Virus record (IMG/VR): IMGVR_UViG_2695420809_000010
Location: 1 to 10,407 of that record
Direction: 5' to 3' (one strand)
DNA from: a virus
Lineage: Duplodnaviria; Heunggongvirae; Uroviricota; Caudoviricetes
Length of the DNA stretch: 10,407 bases
The notes beneath the pieces are model-generated. The model was not told where the DNA came from. It made no database searches and worked only from the letters and a program-made list of their open reading frames with translations. The first letter of the stretch is position 1; each line of letters starts with the position of its first letter. The translations under genes were made by a program, and so were the position numbers. This document shows positions 1 through 6,856 of the stretch, piece after piece.

Positions 1-273
1 CTCACGACGCGCCAGAAAATTGTTTCGTTCTGGCTGGGAGTGGCTTTCACGGAATGCCGCCATCCACACGGTTGCAGCACGACGGTATAAGCCCCTGGAC
101 TCCAGTTCTTCCGCCTGGCGGGTCAGGCACAAAATCACACGGGGATCGTTAGTGCCGACATAGAAATTGCGCACAGGTCTGGTTTCTCGAACTGGTTGTG
201 GTTCCGGTTCCTGCGCTCTCTCAGTCAGGCGCGGGAAATGTCTGCGTGTATCTCCTTCACAACGGTGAGCCAC
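1..273 (-). CDS. Possible 5' part of a minus-strand CDS running off the window start; product unknown
   Basis: The minus-strand frame is stop-free from 351 down to position 1 (117 codons). In-frame candidate starts are GTG 273..271, GTG 174..172 and ATG 63..61. It is absent from the ORF track because it leaves the window. It overlaps the + ORF 198..383 and a 57-codon minus ORF 398..225, so the true coding frame is unresolved. Confidence 0.3.
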   Translation of the reverse strand, partial: MAHRCEGDTRRHFPRLTERAQEPEPQPVRETRPVRNFYVGTNDPRVILCLTRQAEELESRGLYRRAATVWMAAFRESHSQPERNNFLARRE

Positions 274-413
274 ACGCCCACTCTGACGTAACTTGCTTGC
301 TGACTGCAGAACGCGCTGCCGTGAGTAACCTGCAAAAGCATCCGCAATGTCTCAGGAAGTACATCCCGGATGGGCTTCAATGAATTTCTGAACTTCATTC
401 AAAAGACTCATGA

Positions 414-1232
414 TCACCCCCTGAATCCTGCCGGGATCTGGCTGTAGTCCACGTTGTCGTAACTGGCTTTGAAGTACGGGTCCTCGCGTCTGGCTGCAGA
501 TACCGCAGGAACTTCCCAGGATTCTTCGAAATGACGATCTGGACCAAAGAACGTGACAGCCTGTTTCACAAATTGTGTGCCGCTATTGCCCATCGCAGAT
601 ACCCAGCCCGCGTAGCGTTTCACACCTTCCAGCATGGTTTCGGGGTTTACCCCCTCGTTCAAACGGGCTTTCCAGGCTTTGAAGGCTGCAGATTTTGAAT
701 TGCCACCAGCACGTTTGGGATATGCCAGCCATGCCTGCTCAAACTCCGGAGAGTATTCCGGTCGGTTTGAACGAACTCGCACGGACTCATCAACTGATGC
801 ACCAACAGCTATTGGTTCATTGACTGGTTCTTTGACTGGTTCAAAAGAGTGACTGGTTCTGGGTGAATCTCCTGCACTACCCCCTGGTGCAACTCCTGCA
901 CTACCTGGTGAATTTGCTGCACCAGATAGTGAATTATTTGCACTACCCCCTAGTGAATCTCCTGCACCATCCAGATGAAGGAGATAGATATTACTTGAGT
1001 TACCTTTTTCACCTTTCCGGGTGACTTTTTTTACCAGCCCGGAATCACAAAGGGCCGCAATATGATTCATCACAGAACGTTTGCTAATCTCGCACTGGTC
1101 AGCAATATGCTGGTAGCTGGGCCAGCACTCACCCTGATCGCTGGCATTATCAGCCAGCTTGATCAGAACCAGTTTTCGCAATGGATTACCCACTCGAATT
1201 TTCATCGCTTTAACCATCAGCTCCATACTCAT
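414..1232 (-). CDS. Phage replication initiation protein (O-like / DUF1376-type): N-terminal winged-HTH, low-complexity Gly/Ser/Ala linker, C-terminal DnaT-like domain
   Basis: 272-aa ORF. N-terminus (LVLIKLADNASDQGECWPSYQHIADQCEISKRSVMNHIAALCDSGLV) looks like the wHTH of phage replication initiators; C-terminus (EFEQAWLAYPKRAGGNSKSAAFKAWKARL) resembles the DnaT-like domain. Start ATG overlaps the upstream stop (ATGA at 1229..1232). Last gene of the Cro-side operon, the expected position for an O-like gene. Confidence 0.7.
   Translation of the reverse strand: MSMELMVKAMKIRVGNPLRKLVLIKLADNASDQGECWPSYQHIADQCEISKRSVMNHIAALCDSGLVKKVTRKGEKGNSSNIYLLHLDGAGDSLGGSANNSLSGAANSPGSAGVAPGGSAGDSPRTSHSFEPVKEPVNEPIAVGASVDESVRVRSNRPEYSPEFEQAWLAYPKRAGGNSKSAAFKAWKARLNEGVNPETMLEGVKRYAGWVSAMGNSGTQFVKQAVTFFGPDRHFEESWEVPAVSAARREDPYFKASYDNVDYSQIPAGFRG
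821..970. repeat. Direct-repeat cluster inside the replication gene linker; candidate origin iterons
   Basis: Three copies of tgactggttc (821..830, 833..842, 850..859), then degenerate ~22-bp repeats built on ctgcactacc(ccc)tRgtg (872..889, 896..910, 938..955) and gtgaatctcctgcac twice (863..877, 953..967). This is the inter-domain linker, where lambda places its origin within O. Confidence 0.4.
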
Positions 1233-1465
1233 GCTGCACCTCCGAGATGCTTCATGTTTTTTCCGGAGCGAAAGGCTATAAGCGGCATACTGACGCGGTA
1301 ATTACGGCCCAGCGGTTCACAAACCACCTTCTGACATTCACGGTCAACCAGGCTAACACGTAGAACATGCCCTGCAGGCGTGGTGTACCACTGCCCAACT
1401 GTAGGAATTGATGTTTTTTTACGCTGAAGCAAACGGCAAATATTGAGGATCAACGGATTAAGCAT
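1229..1465 (-). CDS. Hypothetical protein, 78 aa, three Cys; translationally coupled early-operon gene
   Basis: ATG 1465..1463 overlaps the end of the upstream ORF (stop 1460..1458) and its stop overlaps the start of the replication gene. No family recognised. Confidence 0.5.
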   Translation of the reverse strand: MLNPLILNICRLLQRKKTSIPTVGQWYTTPAGHVLRVSLVDRECQKVVCEPLGRNYRVSMPLIAFRSGKNMKHLGGAA

Positions 1466-2294
1466 GACGATGCCCTCCGCTGATATTCAGGAGACGGTGA
1501 ATATGAAAATTAGCCTTATCCGCCAAACGGATACGTTCAGCCTGCAAGTTAAGAAGGGTTTCTACCAGAACCTGATGCGCCTGCGGATCCGAAAGAGTTA
1601 CCTTGCGCAGAGCACGTAGTGCAGTTGTTACATAACTGAGTTTATGTAAGTCTTCATCATTCAGACGAGTGAGGGCTGGGACAGTAGCCATGATGGCAGC
1701 CTCCGATAACAGTGAATTACCTTCACCACCGGAAACGCCAATTTCGCTGGTGGTGAACTGAACGGGGTTGGCGTAACCGGCGTTATCGGAAACCGGCGCA
1801 CCTTTCAGTGCCCCCGTCCAGCCCACCATAATTTGGGTGTGCGCAGACGCAGACGATAAAAAAGACGCTGGCGCGTCATATATCGCCGATAACATTTCCA
1901 GGACGCCAATCCCGGCACCCGCTTTATAAGGTGCCTGAACAGTGTAACGTCCCGGAATGGCAGAATCAATGTGCTGGTGGTCCTTCACACTCAACAAAAT
2001 CACGCCTGAATTTCCACAAAGGACTAAAGCACTCATGCGGGTAGTCTTTGCGAAGATAGATAACGCGCTGTGTTTCTGGCTCCCAACGAATAACATGAAC
2101 ATAAAGTCCTCTTCCGTCACGAAACCAGCGGTTAAGTTCCTGCACAACTCGCCCCCCACAGTCAGGTAAAGTTCTCTGTGGTTACTTACAGCCAGGAGAT
2201 TTGGTAATCTGCATTCATGCCGTAACAACAGGTGTTCAGCGACGCTGACCACCAGCTGTTGCGACAAACGGTTATTTGCCGTTAAACTGTTCAT
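1458..2294 (-). CDS. Hypothetical protein, 278 aa, function unknown
   Basis: Long ORF with ATGA start/stop overlap to the CII-like gene (2291..2294) and an 8-nt overlap with the next gene. Contains glycine-rich segments (CGNSGVILL, YKAGAGIGVLEML) that might mark a nucleotide-binding fold, but I cannot assign a family. Confidence 0.65.
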   Translation of the reverse strand: MNSLTANNRLSQQLVVSVAEHLLLRHECRLPNLLAVSNHRELYLTVGGELCRNLTAGFVTEEDFMFMLFVGSQKHSALSIFAKTTRMSALVLCGNSGVILLSVKDHQHIDSAIPGRYTVQAPYKAGAGIGVLEMLSAIYDAPASFLSSASAHTQIMVGWTGALKGAPVSDNAGYANPVQFTTSEIGVSGGEGNSLLSEAAIMATVPALTRLNDEDLHKLSYVTTALRALRKVTLSDPQAHQVLVETLLNLQAERIRLADKANFHIHRLLNISGGHRHA

Positions 2295-2842
2295 GCGTTA
2301 GTTTCTCCACAGACACAAAACGCCACGACGCCCGGAGCTGCACACTCGCGGGCGTCACTCTTTTCTGGAGCGCAAAAGATTTTGTAGACCAGTGCTGCAT
2401 GCTCCTGGAGCTTCGAAATTGACAGATACAACTCATCATTAATTGCTGTCTGCTCGTGTGGCTCCACTACCCCATCTTCGATTGCCGAACGAATCTGCTT
2501 TGAGTAACTCCCGATCTGTTCGATGACTTCCAGCAGGCGCTGGTTTATATCGGCGTTCTCTACTTCCTCAATTTCAGGAAGCGATACAAACACCCCACCA
2601 GCAGACTGTGCGACAGCATCCGCAATGTAGTGAGTGCCAGCCGCGCGCTGTAAAATCATTGCCCATCCCAGCGGGAAAATCTGATCGCCATCTGCACGAA
2701 GGCGGTTGAATAAAGCGTTCTCTGTTACATCTAGCCACTCAGCAGCTTCAGCGTACCCCCCCGGCAACGCCGCGATAGTTTTTCTGACAGCTTTCACGTA
2801 CCACTCAGGCTGTTTTTCCACTTTCCAGTGATGCTTACCCAC
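2291..2842 (-). CDS. Phage regulatory protein, CII (CP76) / YdaT-like, 183 aa
   Basis: Sits directly after the Cro-like gene. GTG start at 2842 is preceded by a strong SD (AGGAGG, 6-nt spacer). The central region (AEWLDVTENALFNRLRADGDQIFPLGWAMILQRAAG) resembles, from memory, the phage-186 CII / YdaT family; I could not verify this by search. Confidence 0.55.
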   Translation of the reverse strand: MGKHHWKVEKQPEWYVKAVRKTIAALPGGYAEAAEWLDVTENALFNRLRADGDQIFPLGWAMILQRAAGTHYIADAVAQSAGGVFVSLPEIEEVENADINQRLLEVIEQIGSYSKQIRSAIEDGVVEPHEQTAINDELYLSISKLQEHAALVYKIFCAPEKSDARECAAPGVVAFCVCGETNA

Positions 2843-3095
2843 GGCTTACCTCCTGTTCCTGTGGTTTAAACCCATTCTGGTTTTGGCTAGATTGAAAACG
2901 TGCCGGATAAAGAATCTGCATTTCGCTGATTTCACCCTTAAAAAAATTGGCCAGACGTTCTGCAAGATCGATAGATGGAATTTGTTCCAGTCTTTCAATA
3001 CGACTCAGCGTCGCTGGATTGACCTGAACGCCAGCAGCAACATGCTGCAAAGTAAATCCGTGCGCCTTACGCACATTCCGTAATGGTGATTGCAT
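2835..3095 (-). CDS. cro: Cro-like XRE-family HTH regulator, 86 aa
   Basis: HTH motif (GFTLQHVAAGVQVNPATLSRIERLEQIPSIDLAERLA). Divergent from the CI-like repressor across a 97-bp operator region. SD GGAGG lies 4 nt before the ATG at 3095. Confidence 0.8.
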   Translation of the reverse strand: MQSPLRNVRKAHGFTLQHVAAGVQVNPATLSRIERLEQIPSIDLAERLANFFKGEISEMQILYPARFQSSQNQNGFKPQEQEVSRG

Positions 3096-3192
3096 ATGAC
3101 CTCCACATATTGCGTGATGAGCATATTATTTCACGCAAATATTTTGCGCAAGTTGATTTGCTTAACGCGCAATAAAGAAATGTAATAAACGC
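3096..3192. promoter_or_regulatory. Divergent promoter/operator region of the immunity switch (OR-like: PR toward cro, PRM-like toward cI)
   Basis: Minus-strand promoter: -35 TTGCGC (plus 3146..3151), 17-bp spacer, -10 TAATAT (plus 3123..3128). Plus-strand candidate: -35 TTGCTT (3158..3163), 17-bp spacer, -10 TGTAAT (3181..3186), placing the start at or near the cI ATG. Five CGCAA/TTGCG half-sites in 97 bp, including the inverted pair TTGCGTGA (3110..3117) / TCACGCAA (3131..3138), the palindrome TTGCGCAA (3144..3151), and TTGCTTAACGCGCAA (3158..3172). Confidence 0.6.
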
Positions 3193-3885
3193 ATGAACAT
3201 AGGAAATCGAGTCAGACAACTTCGCCAGGCGAAGAACATGAAAATCGCCGATCTCGCTGAAGCAATAGGAGTGGATGCGGCGAATATCTCACGCCTGGAA
3301 ACAGGTAAGCAGAAACAATTCACTGAACAAGCCCTGAGTAATATTGCCAGGAGCTTAGGTGTTGATATTGCTGATCTCTTTACCTCAGACTTCAAAAGTA
3401 ATACTGTATGTAAAAACAGTATTAGTGAGGATGTTGCGCAGGTGAAGGATGTATTCCGTATTGAAATGCTGGATGTCAGTGCCAGTGCGGGAAATGGCCT
3501 TATCCAGGGCGGTGATGTCATTGATGTGATTCATGCCATTGAATACAGAACTGATAATGCTGTATCGATGTTTGGCGGACGACCAGCCAATCACATTAAA
3601 GTTATCAACGTTCGTGGGGACAGTATGTGTCCAACCATTGAGCCAGGAGATCTCATCTTCGTTGATGTCAGTATCAATCAGTTTGATGGAGATGGTATCT
3701 ATGTATTTGGTTTTGATGATAAAATTTATGTCAAACGACTGCAAATGATACCTGACAAACTACTGGTGATTTCTGATAACCAGATTTACCGTGAATGGGG
3801 AATTACCAGCGAAAATGAACACCGGTTTATGGTCTTTGGAAAGGTCTTAATCAGCCAGTCACAAACCCTTAAGCGACACAATTAA
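3193..3885 (+). CDS. cI: CI-type prophage repressor: N-terminal XRE HTH plus C-terminal S24 (LexA-like) autopeptidase domain, 230 aa
   Basis: N-terminal HTH (IADLAEAIGVDAANISRLETGKQ). C-terminal domain carries the Ser motif (RGDSMCPTIEPGDLIFVD) and a downstream Lys (YVKRLQ), as in LexA/CI. No SD precedes the ATG, consistent with a leaderless maintenance transcript. Confidence 0.9.
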   Translation: MNIGNRVRQLRQAKNMKIADLAEAIGVDAANISRLETGKQKQFTEQALSNIARSLGVDIADLFTSDFKSNTVCKNSISEDVAQVKDVFRIEMLDVSASAGNGLIQGGDVIDVIHAIEYRTDNAVSMFGGRPANHIKVINVRGDSMCPTIEPGDLIFVDVSINQFDGDGIYVFGFDDKIYVKRLQMIPDKLLVISDNQIYREWGITSENEHRFMVFGKVLISQSQTLKRHN

Positions 3886-3905
3886 CCCTTACCTCCTCAT
3901 CAATT

Positions 3906-3927
3906 AGCCACCCGAAGGTGGCTTTTC
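3906..3927 (+). terminator. Intrinsic terminator downstream of cI
   Basis: Stem AGCCACC (3906..3912), loop CGAA, stem GGTGGCT (3917..3923), followed by TTTTC; 20 nt after the cI stop. Confidence 0.75.
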
Positions 3928-3940
3928 ATTACCCATCAAA

Positions 3941-3992
3941 TTGCATATCTCGCAACAAAACACTTGCACAATGCGCAATTTCATTTTATCTT
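3941..3992 (+). promoter_or_regulatory. OL/PL-like operator-promoter region for the plus-strand early operon
   Basis: Two 15-bp sites of the form TTGC-N7-GCAA (TTGCATATCTCGCAA at 3941..3955; TTGCACAATGCGCAA at 3964..3978), matching the OR site at 3158..3172. Possible -35 TTGCAC (3964..3969) with a weak -10 near 3987..3992. Exact promoter elements are uncertain. Confidence 0.45.
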
Positions 3993-4403
3993 TCTTTCCA
4001 GACCAACAAACAAGGTACTAACAAAATTTGGTTGTAACACGGCGTATGGCACATGCGTCGTTAGCGGTCTGGGGACGTTAAAGGGGACAATCCACTCCTT
4101 GCTCGGGCAAACAAACCAGGTAGCCGGAATGTGCAAGTCAATGATGATGCTGATAAGACGCCTAACCAGCGTGGCGATCCGGTTTGACGCCTGGGAAGAG
4201 ACCAGGGGGCAACGATGAGGGCATTTATGGAGCCGCGACAAAGTGTGGTGCCGTAACTGGCTAAGTGCTCTCAGCGTTGTGGTAATCCGCGAAATGGCGC
4301 GGCGGTAAGTATGGCGGGGTTACTCTTTCCCCGTTGAGGACACCGGATTGTCAGGTTGACCATACGCCTGAGTGACAACCCCACCACAACAGCCACTGCT
4401 TTG

Positions 4404-4450
4404 GCGGTACCAGTTTGTACACTTGCTTCCGGCTGGTACCGCTCTTTTTA
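4404..4450 (+). terminator. Terminator-like hairpin within the leader upstream of the yfdP-like gene
   Basis: Perfect 10-bp stem GCGGTACCAG (4404..4413) / CTGGTACCGC (4433..4442), 19-nt loop, followed by TCTTTTTA (4443..4450). Confidence 0.45.
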
Positions 4451-4538
4451 CAAAACAGAGAAGAGCATCACCGGACGACGGGCTCATAACCCAATCCATC
4501 CGGGCGGCTGCCACCGCAGGTGTTCTTCTCTGTTTTGT
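4450..4538 (+). repeat. 15-bp perfect inverted repeat with 59-nt spacer in the leader RNA
   Basis: ACAAAACAGAGAAGA (4450..4464) is the exact reverse complement of TCTTCTCTGTTTTGT (4524..4538). It lies immediately after the terminator-like hairpin and about 50 nt before the yfdP-like start. Confidence 0.6.
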
Positions 4539-4586
4539 GGAGAAACCAACCGACCTTGCAGGGTCGATATGATGAGGAGCAGCAAA

Positions 4587-4949
4587 ATGGCTAGCGAACG
4601 CAGTACTGATGTGCAGGCATTTATCGGGGAGCTGGACGGCGGCGTATTTGAAACCAAAATCGGCGCAGTTCTCAGTGAAGTCGCTTCCGGTGTGATGAAC
4701 ACGAAAACCAAAGGGAAGGTCTCACTCAACCTGGAAATCGAACCATTTGATGAGAACCGTGTGAAAATCAAACACAAACTCTCATATGTTCGCCCGACTA
4801 ACCGCGGGAAAATTTCCGAAGAAGACACCACCGAAACGCCGATGTATGTCAATCGCGGTGGTCGCCTGACTATTCTGCAGGAAGACCAGGGACAATTACT
4901 GACTCTTGCCGGTGAACCTGACGGAAAACTCCGCGCAGCAGGTCATTAA
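4587..4949 (+). CDS. yfdP: YfdP-like prophage early protein, 120 aa, function unknown
   Basis: Internal ATG at 4587 preceded by SD GAGGAG (4574..4579, 7-nt spacer). The track's longer ORF from 4356 runs through the structured leader and has no SD. The 120-aa length and the MASERSTDVQAF N-terminus match my recollection of K-12 YfdP. Confidence 0.7.
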   Translation: MASERSTDVQAFIGELDGGVFETKIGAVLSEVASGVMNTKTKGKVSLNLEIEPFDENRVKIKHKLSYVRPTNRGKISEEDTTETPMYVNRGGRLTILQEDQGQLLTLAGEPDGKLRAAGH

Positions 4950-5014
4950 TATCGTTTTTAATAAACTGATTATTTCTCTCATCACTGAATATTTTTATAT
5001 AGTGAGGACTTATT

Positions 5015-5839
5015 ATGTCTCAGAACTTAGACTCATCCGCAATTAATCAAATCCATGCCCTTATTTCTGCTCAGGGTGTTAATGAAATTATCAGTAAGAT
5101 TGGTGCCGATGCTGTGGCATTGCCTGAGAATTTCCGCATTCATGATCTGGAAAAATTTAATTTAAATCGCTTCCGTTTCCGAGGTGCGCTTTCCACTGCA
5201 AGCATCGATGACTTTACCCGTTATTCTAAAGATCTTGCAGATGAAGGCACCCGCTGCTTTATCGATGCCGATAATATGCGAGCCGTCAGTGTGCTTAACT
5301 TGGGTACTATTGATGAACCAGGTCACGCAGATAACACCGCCACTCTCAAACTGAAAAAGACAGCACCGTTCTCTGCCCTGTTGTCTGTTAACGGCGAGCG
5401 TAACTCCCAGAAGTCACTGGCAGAATGGATTGAAGACTGGGCCGACTACCTTGTGGGCTTTGATGCTAATGGTGACGCTATTCAGGCAACAAAAGCGGCT
5501 GCGGCAGTCCGTAAAATTACGATTGAAGCAAACCAGACCGCTGATTTTGAAGATAATGACTTCAGCGGCAAACGCTCCCTGATGGAGTCTGTCGAAGCGA
5601 AGACCAAAGACATTATGCCAGTGGCATTTGAATTTAAATGCGTTCCGTTTGAAGGCCTGAAAGAACGTCCGTTTAAATTACGCCTCAGCATTATCACTGG
5701 CGATCGTCCTGTACTGGTTCTGCGCATTATTCAGCTGGAAGCAGTCCAGGAAGAAATGGCTAACGAATTTCGTGATCTGCTTGTTGAGAAATTCAAGGAC
5801 AGCAAAGTAGAAACCTTTATTGGTACTTTCACCGCCTGA
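5015..5839 (+). CDS. yfdQ: YfdQ-like DUF2303-family prophage protein, 274 aa
   Basis: 274-aa ORF with SD GTGAGGA 5 nt before the ATG. Length and sequence agree with my recollection of CPS-53 YfdQ, and it is followed by the yfdR-like gene as in K-12. Confidence 0.8.
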   Translation: MSQNLDSSAINQIHALISAQGVNEIISKIGADAVALPENFRIHDLEKFNLNRFRFRGALSTASIDDFTRYSKDLADEGTRCFIDADNMRAVSVLNLGTIDEPGHADNTATLKLKKTAPFSALLSVNGERNSQKSLAEWIEDWADYLVGFDANGDAIQATKAAAAVRKITIEANQTADFEDNDFSGKRSLMESVEAKTKDIMPVAFEFKCVPFEGLKERPFKLRLSIITGDRPVLVLRIIQLEAVQEEMANEFRDLLVEKFKDSKVETFIGTFTA

Positions 5840-5851
5840 TTTCATTACTGC

Positions 5852-5873
5852 AAATGCCCCTGCGGGGGCATTT
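5852..5873 (+). terminator. Intergenic hairpin between the yfdQ-like and yfdR-like genes; weak or partial terminator, or an mRNA-stabilising structure
   Basis: AAATGCCCC (5852..5860), loop TGCG, GGGGCATTT (5865..5873): a perfect 9-bp stem. There is no clean U-tract beyond the stem, so termination is probably partial. Confidence 0.4.
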
Positions 5874-5966
5874 ATGGAAACGTAATTGACTCAATAATCG
5901 CCGGATGGTGAGTGCTTCCTTTTACCATAATCCAGCGCGGTGCAGCGCATATACGTGGAGAACAAA

Positions 5967-6503
5967 ATGTCATTTATTAAAACTTTTTCCGGGAAGCATT
6001 TTTATTATGACAAGATAAATAAAGATGACATCGTTATTAACGATATCGCGGTTTCCCTTTCAAATATCTGTCGCTTTGCCGGTCATCTTTCGCACTTCTA
6101 CAGCGTCGCCCAACATGCGGTTCTTTGCAGCCAGCTGGTGCCGCAGGAATTTGCTTTTGAAGCGTTAATGCATGATGCAACAGAAGCGTATTGCCAGGAC
6201 ATTCCCGCACCACTGAAACGCCTTCTTCCTGACTATAAACGGATGGAAGAAAAAATAGACGCCGTAATCCGTGAGAAATACGGGTTACCCCCAGTTATGA
6301 GTACACCCGTGAAATATGCCGATCTCATCATGCTGGCAACCGAACGCCGCGATCTCGGGCTTGATGATGGCTCTTTCTGGCCTGTACTGGAAGGCATCCC
6401 GGCAACAGAGATGTTCAACGTGATTCCACTGGCACCGGGCCATGCCTACGGGATGTTTATGGAACGTTTTAACGATTTATCGGAGTTACGCAAATGCGCA
6501 TGA
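5967..6503 (+). CDS. yfdR: HD-domain phosphohydrolase, YfdR-like 5'-deoxynucleotidase, 178 aa
   Basis: ATG at 5967 with SD GGAG (5957..5960); the track's ORF begins at an upstream GTG (5940). HD-domain signature spacing is present (H..H then D in AGHLSHFYSVAQHAVLCSQ...LMHDATEAYCQDIP). Confidence 0.85.
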   Translation: MSFIKTFSGKHFYYDKINKDDIVINDIAVSLSNICRFAGHLSHFYSVAQHAVLCSQLVPQEFAFEALMHDATEAYCQDIPAPLKRLLPDYKRMEEKIDAVIREKYGLPPVMSTPVKYADLIMLATERRDLGLDDGSFWPVLEGIPATEMFNVIPLAPGHAYGMFMERFNDLSELRKCA

Positions 6504-6856
6504 ATGTTCTCGAAATGGAAGGGTTTCTTCGCGGGAAATGTGTACCGCGAGATCTGAAAGTGAACGAAACAAATGCTGAGTACCTGGTACATAAATTCGA
6601 CGCGCTTGAAGCTAAATGTGCGGCACTGGAAAACAAAATAATACCAGTGTCAGCTGAACTGCCACCAGCAAATGAAAGTGTTCTGTTATTTGATGCTAAC
6701 GGAGAAGGCTGGCTGATTGGCTGGCGTTCTCTCTGGTACACCTGGGGACAAAAAGAAACCGGAGAATGGCAGTGGACATTTCAGGTCGGGGACCTTGAAA
6801 ACGTCAATATCACTCACTGGGCAGTAATGCCGAAAGCACCGGAGGCGCGAGCATAA
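6494..6856 (+). CDS. yfdS: YfdS-like prophage protein with a DUF551-like C-terminus, 120 aa
   Basis: Start overlaps the yfdR-like stop; SD GGAG 9 nt upstream. C-terminal region (GEGWLIGW...ITHWAVMPKAPE) is paralogous to the C-terminus of the next gene. Confidence 0.75.
   Translation: MRMNVLEMEGFLRGKCVPRDLKVNETNAEYLVHKFDALEAKCAALENKIIPVSAELPPANESVLLFDANGEGWLIGWRSLWYTWGQKETGEWQWTFQVGDLENVNITHWAVMPKAPEARA

Noticed and set aside
634-852. 72-aa plus-strand ORF inside the replication gene
   Set aside because: Antisense to a well-supported, translationally coupled gene and made largely of the repeat region read in another frame.
3162-3744. Two 119-aa minus-strand ORFs (3162..3521, 3385..3744) antisense to cI
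   Set aside because: They overlap a gene with clear HTH and S24 peptidase motifs, and have no SD or recognisable features.
3964-4218. 84-aa plus-strand ORF in the position where a lambda N-like antiterminator would sit
   Set aside because: Starts with TTG inside the operator repeat, has no SD, is not arginine-rich, and is mirrored by an equally long antisense ORF (3981..4241), as expected for non-coding sequence.
4356-4586. N-terminal extension of the yfdP-like ORF (track calls 197 aa from 4356)
   Set aside because: The extension covers the hairpin and inverted-repeat leader and has no SD. The internal ATG at 4587 has a good SD and gives the 120-aa length I recall for YfdP.
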